The notes beneath the pieces are model-generated. The model searched no databases. It saw only the letters and a list, made by a program, of their open reading frames with translations, and had not been told where the DNA came from. A stretch of DNA of 38,869 bases from Macrostomum lignano. Its lineage: Eukaryota. The stretch is taken from contig NIVC01004662.1 in NCBI GenBank assembly GCA_002269645.1, positions 1 through 38,869 on the forward strand, written 5' to 3'. Each line of letters begins with the position of its first letter. The first letter of the stretch is position 1. Below are positions 11,625 through 23,034 of this stretch, one piece after another. The position numbers were made by a program, and so were the translations under genes.

Positions 11625-14129
11625 TCACTGGTAACACAGTCGATTAGGCTCAGTTCGGATCCTGGTCGAGCGCCACGGCAATGCTAAATCGCTCGCATTC
11701 GTGGCGTCGCAGGCGACCGCCAGGCCGGGGGCAACAGCTGCGCCGGCCGCTGCTGGCGGATCTTCCGGCGGATCAGTGACCGGCTCAGCCTCAGGAACTT
11801 CGCCAGCCGGTACAGCATCCGCGGGTCTGCGAACTTGGTCGATGTGCCGTTGGACCTCCCGGCCGTCATCAAAGTGGCACGAGAACGACGCTGCTCCAGA
11901 GCTGGCAGTCACCACCGCCGGCTTCCATCTGCCATCATCAGCGAAATCCCTGGCAACCACGGCATCGCCGACCTCAATGCGGCGATCGTGAGCGTTGGCG
12001 TCGTGATGCTGCTTCTGCATCGCTTGCTGCACTGCAACCCTGGCCGGCACGTCGGGACGCACTCGATCGAGCAGAGAGCGCAGTCGCCTTCCCATCAGCA
12101 GCTCGCACGGCGGCGTGCCAGTCGTGGCATGTGGCGTCACGCGGTATGTCAGCAGGAACCGCGCTACTCGGTCTTCGAGCGAGCCGCCCTTCTGCTTGGC
12201 CAACGACTTCTTCAGCGTTTGCACCGCGCGCTCCGCCTGGCCGTTGGATGCTGGGTGATATGGTGCAGTTCGCACGTGCCGAATGCCGTTTTTCCGTAGA
12301 AATTCGCTCATCTCTTCGCTGACTAGATTTGGCCCGTTGTCCGTAACGACGATGTCTGGCAGACCGTGAGTAGCGAAACTCTGCCGCAGTCTCTGAATCG
12401 TGGCCGTTGAAGTCGTCGACATCATTACATGAACTTCCATCCACTTCGAATGAGCGTCCACAATCACCAGAAGCATTTTTCGTTCTACCGGACCAGCAAA
12501 GTCGAGATGAAGACGCGACCAGGGTCTGTCCGGCCATGCCCATGGGTGCAGCGGAACCGGCGCCGGTGACTTCAGCAGCTCACGGCACTCGGAGCACGCA
12601 CTGGACAGGTGCTCAATGGATTCATCCAGCTTTGGCCACCAGAAAAAACTGCGGGCGAGCGCCTTCATTCTAGAGGCGCCCTGATGTCCTTGGTGCAGGC
12701 ACTGCAGAAGCGCCGAGCGGCCAGCTTGCGGTATCACCACTCTTGTGCCCCAGAGGAGACAGCCATCTTGGACACTCAGCTGATTAGCCCGATTTTTGAA
12801 CGGCTGTAGCTCTTGAGTTACTCGCTCGGGCCAGTAGCCAGACTCTGTGAACTGCAGCACCTTGGACAGGATCAGGTCCGTTCTAGTCAAAGCTCGAATG
12901 TCTCCGGCAGTCACTGGTCCCTCATCAAGCGTGTCCATGACTAGCACCACATCGGCTGGTGTCGGTGCCTTTGCTGGTCTCTCTGGCAGCGGCAGTCGAC
13001 TCAGCGCGTCCGCACGGAGCAGCGACCGACCTGATCGGTGCTCCATCGTGTAGCTGTAGCCTGCCAGGATGAGCGCCCACCTTTGAATTCGACCGGATGC
13101 CATTGCTGGAATCGGCTTGGACTCGTGTAGCAGACCCAATAGCGGTTTGTGGTCGCTGATCAGTGTAAACTTCCGGCCGCACAGATACGCATGAAACCGC
13201 TTCACTCCGAAAATGACCGCCAGAGCCTCTTTGTCCAACTGGGAGTACCTGGTCTCAGCATCGTGCAAAGAGCGCGAAGCGAACGCGATCGGCTGATCGA
13301 TACCATCAATCCGATGACTGATGACCGCTCCGACGCCGTAAGGCGACGCGTCGCACTCCAGGATCAGCGGCTTACTTTCGTCGAAGTGCGCGAGGACCGG
13401 CGCTTTGCTGAGAAGCGACTTGCACTTCCTAAATGCGGTCTCCTGTTGAGTGCCCCAGCGCCACTGGGCACCTTGGTTGAGCAGACGATGCAGCGGCGAC
13501 AGCTCCGCGGACAAGTTGGGCATGAACTTCCCGTAATAGTTGACAAGTCCAAGAAAACTGCGAAGCTGTGTCACGTCTCGTGGTGCTGGAGCGTCGGCGA
13601 TGGCACGAACCTTGTCCGGTAGCGGATGCAGACCGTCAGCGTCTATCCGGTGGCCCAGATAGCTGACACTGTCCTGCATGAAGTCGCACTTGCTCAGGCC
13701 GCAGCGCAGTCCGCTTTGGTGCAATTTCTTGAGCACTGACTCTAGTGAGCGCAAGTGACTTTCGTCGTCAACACCGGTGATGATCAGATCGTCGATAAAA
13801 CAGGCGACATGCGGAATCGACTGCAGCAGATTGTCCATGTGTCGTTGGAAAATACCGACGGCCGGAGCAACTCCAAAAGGCAGACGGGTGTAGCGCAGAA
13901 GGCCTTTGGACGTATTAATTGTACAAATCTCTTGGGCTGCTTCGTCCAGTGGCAGTTGAGAATAGGCTTCCGCCAAGTCGAGCTTCGTAAATTTTTTCCC
14001 ACCTGCCAGCTTAGCAAAAAGCTCTTCGATTCTCGGTAGCGGATATTTGTCAGGTTCAACACAGAGATTTACCGTTTGTTTGAAGTCGGCACAGATGCGT
14101 ATTGAACCGTCCGACTTGAGCACTGGCAC
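11625..14129 (-). CDS. pol: pol part (RT, RNase H, integrase) of the gag-pol polyprotein
   Basis: RICADFK, KLDLAEAYSQL, FIDDLII, ECDASPYGVGAV, SDHKPL, HQGHQG...CSEC, HLDFAGP, VTDNGP, NGQAERAVQ. No stops over 834 codons. Confidence 0.95.
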   Translation of the reverse strand: MPVLKSDGSIRICADFKQTVNLCVEPDKYPLPRIEELFAKLAGGKKFTKLDLAEAYSQLPLDEAAQEICTINTSKGLLRYTRLPFGVAPAVGIFQRHMDNLLQSIPHVACFIDDLIITGVDDESHLRSLESVLKKLHQSGLRCGLSKCDFMQDSVSYLGHRIDADGLHPLPDKVRAIADAPAPRDVTQLRSFLGLVNYYGKFMPNLSAELSPLHRLLNQGAQWRWGTQQETAFRKCKSLLSKAPVLAHFDESKPLILECDASPYGVGAVISHRIDGIDQPIAFASRSLHDAETRYSQLDKEALAVIFGVKRFHAYLCGRKFTLISDHKPLLGLLHESKPIPAMASGRIQRWALILAGYSYTMEHRSGRSLLRADALSRLPLPERPAKAPTPADVVLVMDTLDEGPVTAGDIRALTRTDLILSKVLQFTESGYWPERVTQELQPFKNRANQLSVQDGCLLWGTRVVIPQAGRSALLQCLHQGHQGASRMKALARSFFWWPKLDESIEHLSSACSECRELLKSPAPVPLHPWAWPDRPWSRLHLDFAGPVERKMLLVIVDAHSKWMEVHVMMSTTSTATIQRLRQSFATHGLPDIVVTDNGPNLVSEEMSEFLRKNGIRHVRTAPYHPASNGQAERAVQTLKKSLAKQKGGSLEDRVARFLLTYRVTPHATTGTPPCELLMGRRLRSLLDRVRPDVPARVAVQQAMQKQHHDANAHDRRIEVGDAVVARDFADDGRWKPAVVTASSGAASFSCHFDDGREVQRHIDQVRRPADAVPAGEVPEAEPVTDPPEDPPAAAGAAVAPGLAVACDATNASDLALPWRSTRIRTEPNRLCYQ

Positions 14130-15487
14130 AATCGCGAAGCGTAGTCCGAGTTGTTGACTGGCCTGAGCACACCTTGCTCAATTTCCTTGTCGAGCTGAGC
14201 CTCCACCTTAGTCTTAAGAGCAAACGGGACGTTGCGTGCCTTGAAAAATCGAGGCCGGGCCCCGGCTTTCAGATGCAGCTGCACAGACGGTCCGTTGTAC
14301 TTGCCGAGTCCCGGCTCGAAAACCTCGGCATACTGATCCAGCAGGGCGCGGATTCCAGGGTGCTCACTGTCTTTTTGCACCTGGTTGATGCTGCGCCAGT
14401 CCAGCGGCAAGCATGCCAGCCAGTCACGGCCGATCAGGTTCGAACCAGAGCCCTCGACTACGAGCAGTGGAAGCTCCTTGGCAGCTCCGGCAGCTTGCAC
14501 TCGGACGGTAATTTTACCTAGCAGGGGGACCGGCTCTCCTGAGTAGGTGCGCAGCTTAGTGTTGGCAGGTTCTAGCTTTGGTCCTTCCCGCAGCTCTGAG
14601 CGAAATGTTTCTGAAGATATGAGCGAGACAGATGCACCCGTGTCGACCTCCATCCGAACTGGCGTGCCTTCGATGATGACCGTGGTCTCGATCGGTGGAA
14701 TCTTCCCACACCGTTCAGCCATCACGTGCAGCGAATGTGCCTCTTCTTCATCGACCTCAACCTCTCTCACATTATGGTCCATGCGACGATTCGAACCCGC
14801 AGGAGACTTACAGGCAGCAGCCGTATGGCCCACCTTCGAACAGTTGAAGCACTTCTTGTCAGCAAACGGGCACTTTGCCGCGACGTGCCGCTGCGACCGG
14901 CAACGAAAGCAGCGTCTAGTGGACTGTGGCTGGTGTGCTATCTGAAAGGCGTCCTGACTCGCAGATTTCATCACGAGAAGATTGCCCTCAGTGGCCGACG
15001 CTTGAGCTTGCGCCAGAGATATTGCGGTTTCGAGAGTTAGCTTCTTCTCCGAAAGAAGCCTTCGCTGGATGTTGTCGTCAGCGATGCCAAGCACAAGCCG
15101 GTCTCTGATCATGTCATTCAGGCTGCCGCCGAAGTTGCAGTCCCGTGCCAGTCTGCGAAGATCCGCGAGAAAATCCACAATTGATTCACCAACTTGGCGA
15201 CTCCTGGAGTAGAAACGGTAACGTAGCACGATCTCAGGGGGCTCAGGGTCGAAATGCTCTTTCAGCTTAGTGCAGATCGCTGTGTAGCTGGACTGGGCAG
15301 GCGACTCTGGAGACAGCAGGCTGGCAAGCAACTGATACGTCTTCTTGCCGCAGACGCTAAGGAGAACGGCACGCTTCTTCTCTTCTTTGATATCATTGGC
15401 CTCAAAATACTGCTCCAGTCTTTCTTGGTACTGAATCCACTTTTCAGTGCCCTCTTCATAGGGTTCTATTGAGCCAACCAAGCTCAT
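14069..15487 (-). CDS. gag: gag-protease part of the gag-pol polyprotein; ATG at 15487
   Basis: MSLVGSIEPY..., two CCHC knuckles (CFRCRSQRHVAAKC, CFNCSKVGHTAAAC) and protease MEVDTGASVS / LIGRDW. It joins pol through a 1-nt deletion near 14133. Confidence 0.93.
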   Translation of the reverse strand: MSLVGSIEPYEEGTEKWIQYQERLEQYFEANDIKEEKKRAVLLSVCGKKTYQLLASLLSPESPAQSSYTAICTKLKEHFDPEPPEIVLRYRFYSRSRQVGESIVDFLADLRRLARDCNFGGSLNDMIRDRLVLGIADDNIQRRLLSEKKLTLETAISLAQAQASATEGNLLVMKSASQDAFQIAHQPQSTRRCFRCRSQRHVAAKCPFADKKCFNCSKVGHTAAACKSPAGSNRRMDHNVREVEVDEEEAHSLHVMAERCGKIPPIETTVIIEGTPVRMEVDTGASVSLISSETFRSELREGPKLEPANTKLRTYSGEPVPLLGKITVRVQAAGAAKELPLLVVEGSGSNLIGRDWLACLPLDWRSINQVQKDSEHPGIRALLDQYAEVFEPGLGKYNGPSVQLHLKAGARPRFFKARNVPFALKTKVEAQLDKEIEQGVLRPVNNSDYASRLCQCSSRTVQYASVPTSNKR

Positions 15488-15488
15488 G

Positions 15489-15499
15489 CCTCGTCGCCA
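15489..15499 (-). promoter_or_regulatory. Primer-binding site, tRNA-Ser(GCU)-type
   Basis: TGGCGACGAGG, complementary to a ...CCUCGUCGCCA tRNA 3' end. It lies 1 nt from the LTR and 1 nt before the gag ATG. Confidence 0.8.
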
Positions 15500-15500
15500 C

Positions 15501-15746
15501 TGTAAAGACTTCACTTAGTTTGCGTGGCAGAAAGATGCTTATGCGATAACATGATAAAATCATTCATATATGTATTTGTCGAAATACTATTTTAACCGAT
15601 CAATAATTTGGGGACTGTAAAATAGACATATTAGTCACGTGCACATACGCACAAAAGAACAAGCGAAGGAGAGAGTTAAAGGGCACGATGGTAAAGTGTA
15701 CGCAGCAACCCCCAGCACCCCACACAACACAAACAAAGTCACTACA
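15501..15746 (-). repeat. 5' LTR of the Mag-like element
   Basis: 242/246 identical to 11288-11533. Confidence 0.97.
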
Positions 15747-16659
15747 TCTACTATATGATAAACCTGCCTTTTTAAAATCTGCAATCTTGATAATGATAGA
15801 ACATTGGAAAATATTGAAAATATGATAAATGACTATCTAAGATTTGTTAATTTAATAATTTGATAGGGTAATTTGCTATACTAAAACCCTTTTTTGTGCC
15901 TTTATCCCTATATGCATCCCCCTTCCTATGCCCCTCCCCCAACCTTGTGTTATTGCTATGCACCACACTACCAATACACACTGTACTGCCACTAGAGGCT
16001 AACTCTATATCTGTGCTAGATGCTATCTGCAATAATGGCCTGTTTTGGCTATAGTATAATAAGGGTAGCTAGATAGACACACTTCTACCATTTAGAGGTA
16101 GAATGCATTGATTGGTCATACTTTGGCAACTAGCTTAAAACTGTTTCACATAGGCCTACCATACCATTTTTCTACTGATTGTTTTGGCACCATGGATATA
16201 GATCTTAGGTTCTCATAGAGTCATATATATCTTAGTCTAGGTGTTTTACACTAATATTAATAATCTAAAAGGTAAATATGGGATGTTGTTGCCCTTATCT
16301 AGAGTTGTGTTCATGACATTAACAAATCTTAGTTGTCTATATTCTGAAAGTCTGCATTGCCCTAGCTCTACTGATGCTTGCTTTTACCCAAGTTGGAATA
16401 GATAATTTTTAGCACCCTATTAGAATCATGAATCATTACTTTCACTTTAATTAGAAGTTTAGGACACCTTTTATATACTAGGATAAATTTATGTGAAATG
16501 TCAAGTCCATCAAGCCACACAAAACAGAATGGTAAGAGGGTAGTGAGGACGCCCAGGTTGGCGTCAAAATTATTTTTGAGGCGGCTCGATCGTCGAGCCG
16601 GAGATTTCGGTTTTTGTAGTAGTAGTAGTAAATTTGGCTCAGGCTTAAGGAGCCTGTTT

Positions 16660-18121
16660 ACGTGAATAACTTATGCCGCATGTTATTCCGTACGTTATTC
16701 CGCACGTAATTCCGCATGTTATTCCGTAAGTTATTCCGCACGTTATTCCGCACGTTATTCCGCACATTATTCCTCATGTTATTCCGTACGTTATTCCGCA
16801 CGTTTTTCCGTACGTTATTCCGCACGTTATTCCGCACATTATTCCGCACGTTATTCAGCACTTTATTCCGCACATTTTTCGCATGTTATTAGGCATTTTT
16901 CCACGATGTCCTGTATAAGATTTACAAGTAATTTTTCCATTTGATACATTTTAAATGTAAAGCAAAAGCCTAATGTACATGAGCTTGTCGTTATATTTTC
17001 CTGGATTACGCGAGTTGAGTGCATGTACATGGCATTCGTAAAATTATAATTGACTGCAACAGAGTACTGTAGTTGCAGAGTTGTAAGTTGAGTTACAGAG
17101 TTGCATGCACAGAGCTGGGGTCGCGGAGAGGTTGAGAAAAGAAGATAAAAGTGACTACTTATCAACATATATTAAATTAATGAAAGAATCACATCATACA
17201 TGTACAAGGTCACTACAGGACGCAAAATGAAGTGTTCTTTGATACTGAAAGAAGTTTACGCTTTAACAAATATTATAAGTGCTAACACCAAATAAAAAAC
17301 TAATGTGTAGTAAGTAAACCGTATTACTGCATTTAGCTAATTTAGCTTTTTTTACAATTATATTTTATGCAGATCGTCATACTTATTAAAAACTATCTAT
17401 ATCTTCACGTTTTTGACGTGGAAATCATGTATGGAACGCGTAAGTTAGACTAGGGGCCTTTTCATATTACCAATTCCAGAACCAGAATCGGTTCGGAATT
17501 CCAAGAAAAACAGCAGTATAACTTAAACTCTGTTAATATTTGACTGCCTTAATAAACCTCACTTAGCACAATTTTTCACTTTCTTCTTGGCGATTGTCAT
17601 TTAATAATAAAAACTTTATAGCACGTATCTCCCTAGCTCTAGTTATGGAGACTAAAAGTTATACTTCACAAATTGGTTCTGGTTCTAGAACCAGAACAAG
17701 CAATATGAAAAAACCCTTTGGTGGGAAATATGTTAAAAAAGTAGATGTGCGGACTATTGTGCGGAATAAAAATTCGGAATAGCGTGCGGAATAATATTCG
17801 GAATAATGTGCGGAATAACGTGCGGAATAAAATGCGGAATAACGTGCGGAATAACATGCGGAATAAAATTCGGAATAGTGCGGAATAATATTCGGAATAA
17901 TGTGCGGAATAACGTGCGGAATAACGTGCGGAATAACGTGCGGAATAACATGCGGAATAATATGCGTAATAACGTGCGGAATAAAATGCGGAATAACGTG
18001 CGGAATACCGTGCGGAACAACATGCGGACCATGCGGAATAACTAGCGGAACGTGCGGAATAACGTGCGGAATAACATGCGGAATAACATGCGTAATAACG
18101 TGCGGTGTATGTTACACTCAT
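16660..18121. mobile_element. Foldback/MULE-like non-autonomous element with inverted tandem-repeat arms
   Basis: 12-mer TTATTCCGCACG array (~16670-16890) and its inverse (~17755-18105), degenerate in-register termini and a 9-bp direct flank AGCCTGTTT (16651-16659, 18122-18130). Confidence 0.75.
17454..17716. mobile_element. MITE family C, copy 2, nested in the foldback element
   Basis: Aligns with 10863-11124; TIRs GGGCCTTTTCATATT / AATATGAAAAAACCC. Confidence 0.8.
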
Positions 18122-18452
18122 AGCCTGTTTTGCCAGTATAATCCGATGTATTTAGTATTTGTTCAAAAGGTTAAATTTTTACACGAGTTACGATGCGAGT
18201 TACGATATTTGCAAAATTATTAAGGTATTTGAAAGAGCGTCTAGGGTTTTTTTGTAAAAAGATGTAGTATTTTTGAAAGCGCGTGATATTTCAAAGCGTG
18301 AAAAACGAACATAAACATACTTCGAACGAACTTTACGTTTAACGAATAACGACGATTTAAATAGGAAATTAAAAAAGACAGTAAATGAATAAACAACTGA
18401 AAAGCGGATTTGTTACACTGCTAATGTATCTGATTCAGTTTGTTTAACTGTT

Positions 18453-18720
18453 TCAGCTATTCATGACTTCATATATTTTAGCTACACCAGTGAGTTCTTT
18501 TCTGACTCTTTTTTCATTTATAGCATATCCTATCTTGTGTATTTGATTGCTATTTAAGAGGTATTGACAGAAGTATTTTTTCCTGATCTCTTCAGTTTGT
18601 GGACATTCGGTCAAGTAGTGTAGAATGTCAGAACCATTTCGCGCTCCACACATTTTACATGGTTCTTGAGAAAAAAGTTGGGTGTAATCTCGCCATTTCA
18701 GTTTTAGGAGTGTAAAGTAT
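18453..18720 (-). pseudogene. Probable non-LTR retrotransposon ORF2 C-terminal zinc-knuckle remnant
   Basis: YFTLLKLKWRDYTQLFSQEPCKMCGARNGSDILHYLTECPQTEEIRKKY has the C-x2-C...H-x4-CP...R spacing of LINE C-terminal CCHC motifs. Stops occur upstream and no RT core was seen. Confidence 0.45.
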
Positions 18721-20009
18721 TTTATGTATCAATTGAATCTCCGCACTTTTTATGATATCCGGCGTTCTTGAATATTGTTGTTATTATTTAGTCAGTATTT
18801 ATTCAATAGTTAGTTTCCTATTTCCGCGATACCTACTGTACGTACTTACTTTACTACTATTGTTTTACTGTATGTTAATTCCTATCGTATTTGAAACGCG
18901 AATGCGCTGTGTTTGGTGTTAGGGTTTTTTTCTAGGCGCTGTAGTTGTTGTTGAGTAGCGTAGTCTCCAGAATTCAAGTCCATCCAGTTTAAATAATAAA
19001 TCTAATTACTTTTATTACAAATAGATTATACAAATAAATATGAATTAAATTAAGGCGCATTGCACCCACCAAGCAAGGACGCATTCATCATCCGTCTGTC
19101 ATCACAACGAATATTCTTTTTGAATTGTTTGACTTCAAGAAGTTTATTTTACATTTTGGCCATTCGAATCGGCGCTGGTCTTGCGATTTAAACAAACGCG
19201 AATGAGTCGCGGGTGCGAAATAAAGGGGAGCTCCGGCTGCTGAGTTCCACAGGCTCAGGGGAGGGTAGCTGTGGTCGTGACTGAGCGGTCTAGTTAATGC
19301 CGTCTCTCAGAATGCCGAATGTAGAAAATGTAGCCGCTACGGATCGAGAACTGAAAATAAACTGAAATTTGCTGCAGAGTTGTACTAAGAGTATAGTAAG
19401 GTCGCTGCCACAAACCGCGGTAATTCGCGGAGAAAAGCTCTAAAGCTCAAATTTGCTCGACTCAGCCCTAGAGCTTCTCTTGAGTACACCGAGGGTCAAA
19501 TAAATGCTTCCGAGGTCACAGGCTTAAGACACCGTTTAACACAAGTTAACCACTTAATTGATTGGCATGCACTAGACTGAATATTATTATTATTAGTTAG
19601 CGAGGTAAAAAAGAAATGACTATTATAATTATTATTATTGAGCATATTAATTAGATGGCTAGTTGGAGAGGGTCTGGTCGAGTCTGGAGAACTGCGATGG
19701 GCTTACACCGGGTCCACTTGAATATTTGGAACTTGTAGTCTGCTGGGATGGGGAGAATTGGTGGGTACACTGGGTGTGGTAACGACTAAACACCGGGTGT
19801 AACCCTGTTCAAAGTAACAGTAAAACAAAATTACAGGGAGTGGGCACTCGAATTACACTAAGAGGAAAAGGGGATTTCCATACGCAGGGAAATGACGTCA
19901 ATATACGTAACGCAATTTCACTTTGGTGAGCACATCCACACAAAGAAAAAATACGAGTAAAAATTTCATTTGTTGGGAATAGTGGGAGGCCTTGCGCCTA
20001 CCACAGTAG

Positions 20010-20075
20010 CAAGTTGATTCGCCGATGGTTGATTCGCCGAAACTCGATTCGCCAAAAGCAGGTTTTTTCGCCGAA
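20010..20075. repeat. Short tandem array of (G)TTGATTCGCCGA-like units
   Basis: 4-5 degenerate units: gttgattcgccgatggttgattcgccgaaactcgattcgcc... Confidence 0.7.
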
Positions 20076-20679
20076 AGTTGTTTTGCCAAACAAACAATAC
20101 AACTAAACAATTATCAATGTGCAAATAAACAACGAACGATATGTTTTTATCTTGCATACAATATGTTTGTTAATTGTCTGTGTATTTAAAAAAGAAAACA
20201 AGTGAAATGTTTTTTAATGTTATAACGTAAAACGTTAAAATCAATCAATGACCCCATCCATGACCATACGAATATCTATGGTGAAACTAGATCATACGTA
20301 GCTCGCTCGTATTTAATAGAACTTGTTACAACCAGAGAGTAGGTATTGAGTATGCTCAATATATTCTCTGGTAACAAGTAACAATTTCTTGGCTCATAAA
20401 GCAGATGGACCCGATTAAATTAAAAAACTAATTTAAACAAAACAAGCTGTTGAAACCCGCGGATTTTGAACCCGGGAATTCCAATACCCGGAACTACTTT
20501 TGCATGTATTCTGAAATCTAAGGCCATACACAAACAAAAACTTGTTAATAGTTAGTAGGATAGAGGTAGACATAAAATGGAGCACATTCGTGTAAAATTA
20601 GGGTTTGAGACATTGTTGGCTGGGGTGCTGCGCAGAATGTCAGGCAATGTCTGTCTGACTCTAAAACATGTATTGGCAA

Positions 20680-21136
20680 ACTCTGGTCTCTCCCTGACTC
20701 TCCCTACGTCCCTTGGATCCTTTAAAATTTCTATCGTCTCTTTGTTTCCTCTCATCTCTCTCGTCCCTCGTCTCTCCTCTCTCCTCTCTCCTCTCTCCCC
20801 TCTTCTCTCGTATCTTCCCTCATCTCTCTTCTCTTTCATCTCTCTTATCTCATCTCTTGTCTCTTCTTTTCTCTCTCCTCTCCTCTCTCCTCTCTACTTT
20901 TTCGTTTTCTCTCTCCTCTCTCCCCCTCTCCTCTCTCCTCTCACCCCCTCTTCTCTCTTATCTTCATTCTCCTTTCTATTCTTTTCTCTCTTCTCTTAAC
21001 TCTCCTCTACTCTCTCATCTCTCCCCTCTTCTCTCGTCTCTTCCCGCACCTCTTTTCTCTCTCGTCTTTGCTCTCTCATCTTTCCTTTCTCTTCTTTTAT
21101 CTTTTCTCTCTTATCTCTTCTCATTTCTCTCTGCTG

Positions 21137-21235
<99 letters not shown>

Positions 21236-21950
21236 TCTCTGTCTTTCTCTCTTATCTCTCCTCCTCTCTCTACTCTCTCCCCTCTCCATTCTCCTCTTTC
21301 CTCTCCTCTCTCCTCACTCACTTCTCTACCTTTGTCTCTCCTCTCTCCTCTCGTCTCTGTAACCTCTCCTCTGTTCTCTCTACTCTCCCATCTTTTATCT
21401 GTTCACTCTCGTCTCTGCTCTCTCATCCCCCTCTTTAATCTGGCATCTCTGTCTTATATGTTCTCTCACCTCTCTCCTCTATACTCTTTTTCTTTCCCCT
21501 CTTTTGACTCCTCACTTTCCTTTCTCCTTTCTTCTTTTCTCTTCTCTTCCCTTTTCTATACTCTGTCTCCCTCTCTTCTCTCACTCCACTCTCCTCTCTC
21601 CGTTATCTCTCATCTCTCATCTCTCCTTCCACCTCTCATCTCTACAACCTTAGAGATGTAGAGATGTATCTTTATCTCTTCTCTCTTCCCTTTACTCTCT
21701 CTTCTCTTCTTTCACCTGTTTCCTCTCTGCTCTCCTCTCTGCTGTCTCCTCTCTCCTCTCATCTGCAGCTCTCTGCTCTCTCATCTCTACTCTCTCCTCT
21801 CGCTTTTCCTCTCTCCCCTCTTCTCCCCTCTTTCTCATCGTCCTCACCCCCTCATCTCTCCTATTATCTTTTCTTTTATCCCCTCTGTCGCCTCTCCTCT
21901 CTTCGAATCGTCTATTCCTTCTTCTTTCCACTTTCATCTGCCCCTCAGCT
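20680..21950. repeat. CT-rich polypyrimidine low-complexity tract including (CT)~48 at 21138-21233
   Basis: Directly visible. The S/L-rich and E/R-rich ORFs here are artefacts. Confidence 0.95.
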
Positions 21951-22154
21951 ATGAGCTGGATTATTTATCTGGACTTTAAGGTAAAAGTCTGCCCATCCCT
22001 GCTTGGAAAGCCAGTTTGTGGGACGTAGTACTCTCATGGTTGTTCTCATGCTTTGATCACGTCATCTTTCTTGCCAATTTGCAGCCCTGAAAGGAATTTG
22101 TGTATCTTCAGCTCCACTGCAGTCTGCATTAGTCTTTTCCTGAGTCTGCATCAG

Positions 22155-22492
22155 ACTCTGGTCTCTCCCTGACTCTCCCTACGTCCCTTGGATCCTTTAA
22201 AATTTCTATCGTCTCTTTGTTTCCTCTCATCTCTCTCGTCCCTCGTCTCTCCTCTCTCCTCTCTCCTCTCTCCCCTCTTCTCTCGTATCTTCCCTCATCT
22301 CTCTTCTCTTTCATCTCTCTTATCTCATCTCTTGTCTCTTCTTTTCTCTCTCCTCTCCTCTCTCCTCTCTCCCCTCTTCTCTCGTATCTTCCCTCATCTC
22401 TCTTCTCTTTCATCTCTCTTATCTCATCTCTTGTCTCTTCTTTTCTCTCTCCTCTCCTCTCTCCTCTCTACTTTTTCGTTTTCTCTCTCCTC
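22155..22492 (+). repeat. Identical copy of 20680-20918 with an internal 99-bp tandem duplication
   Basis: Base-by-base match, including the unique segment ccctacgtcccttggatcctttaaaatttc. Confidence 0.9.
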
Positions 22493-23034
22493 AGTCTAAG
22501 TCTAACAACCAAGGAAATACGCATTTCTTAGGAGGCCATTTATTATTTACACAGTACCTTTAAAAGAACCCTAAAATTTCCATGGTGTGCCTAATTTAGT
22601 AGGGTTGTATTGCATTGCATCGCATCGCCTTTTCATAAATATTTCGCTTTTACAAACCCTGCTGGATAGTGGATTCCCTCGATTTGCCAATTGCCAATTG
22701 CCATCCACTGTTAAAATGCTGCAGAGTTTGCCAATACAGAGGGGAGGGCAGTGGTTAGAATTTCTCACTAAACTGTTATGGCTAAACGTAGCCTCTCCAC
22801 TCTCGGGGTGCAGAGAAGGCTATGAATAAATTTATTCTAAAACACTGTACATTTGCTGTGTACATTCAGTCCTATCGCCTGACACTTCGTCTGGCTCTGG
22901 GGGAATGAGTGGAGTGGAGTGAGTGAGTGGCACAAACAACAGAAAAAGCAGATAAAATTCACATGCTTACAGTTTCTTTTTCGGTTAAGTTACAGAGTTG
23001 AAACTTTACATTTAGATAGGGAATGGGTCAATGA

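Larger units (their letters stand above)
11288..15746 (-). mobile_element. Young full-length Ty3/gypsy element, Mag-like
   Basis: 246-bp LTRs with 4 differences, TG...CA ends, perfect 5-bp TSD TCTAC (11283-11287, 15747-15751), PBS, PPT and a gag-pol ORF with one frameshift. Confidence 0.97.

Noticed and set aside
14069-14140. Programmed ribosomal frameshift between gag-PR and pol
   Set aside because: The break is inside the conserved RT motif YASPIVPV and there is no slippery heptamer. A 1-nt deletion explains it exactly.
16670-18105. CRISPR-like array or tRNA/rRNA gene
   Set aside because: The units are head-to-tail with no unique spacers and the context is eukaryotic. No tRNA or rRNA structure was recognised anywhere in the window.
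16658-18223. ORFs such as NNVRNNVR, CGITCGIT and LFRTLFR
   Set aside because: These are translations of the 12-bp tandem arrays.
20552-22531. Long S/L-rich and E/R-rich ORFs
   Set aside because: These are translations of CT/GA low-complexity DNA.
22780-22835. Imperfect hairpin TAGCCTCTC...GAGAAGGCTA followed by AATAAA, as a retroelement 3' end
   Set aside because: No associated coding remnant, TSD or second copy in the window.
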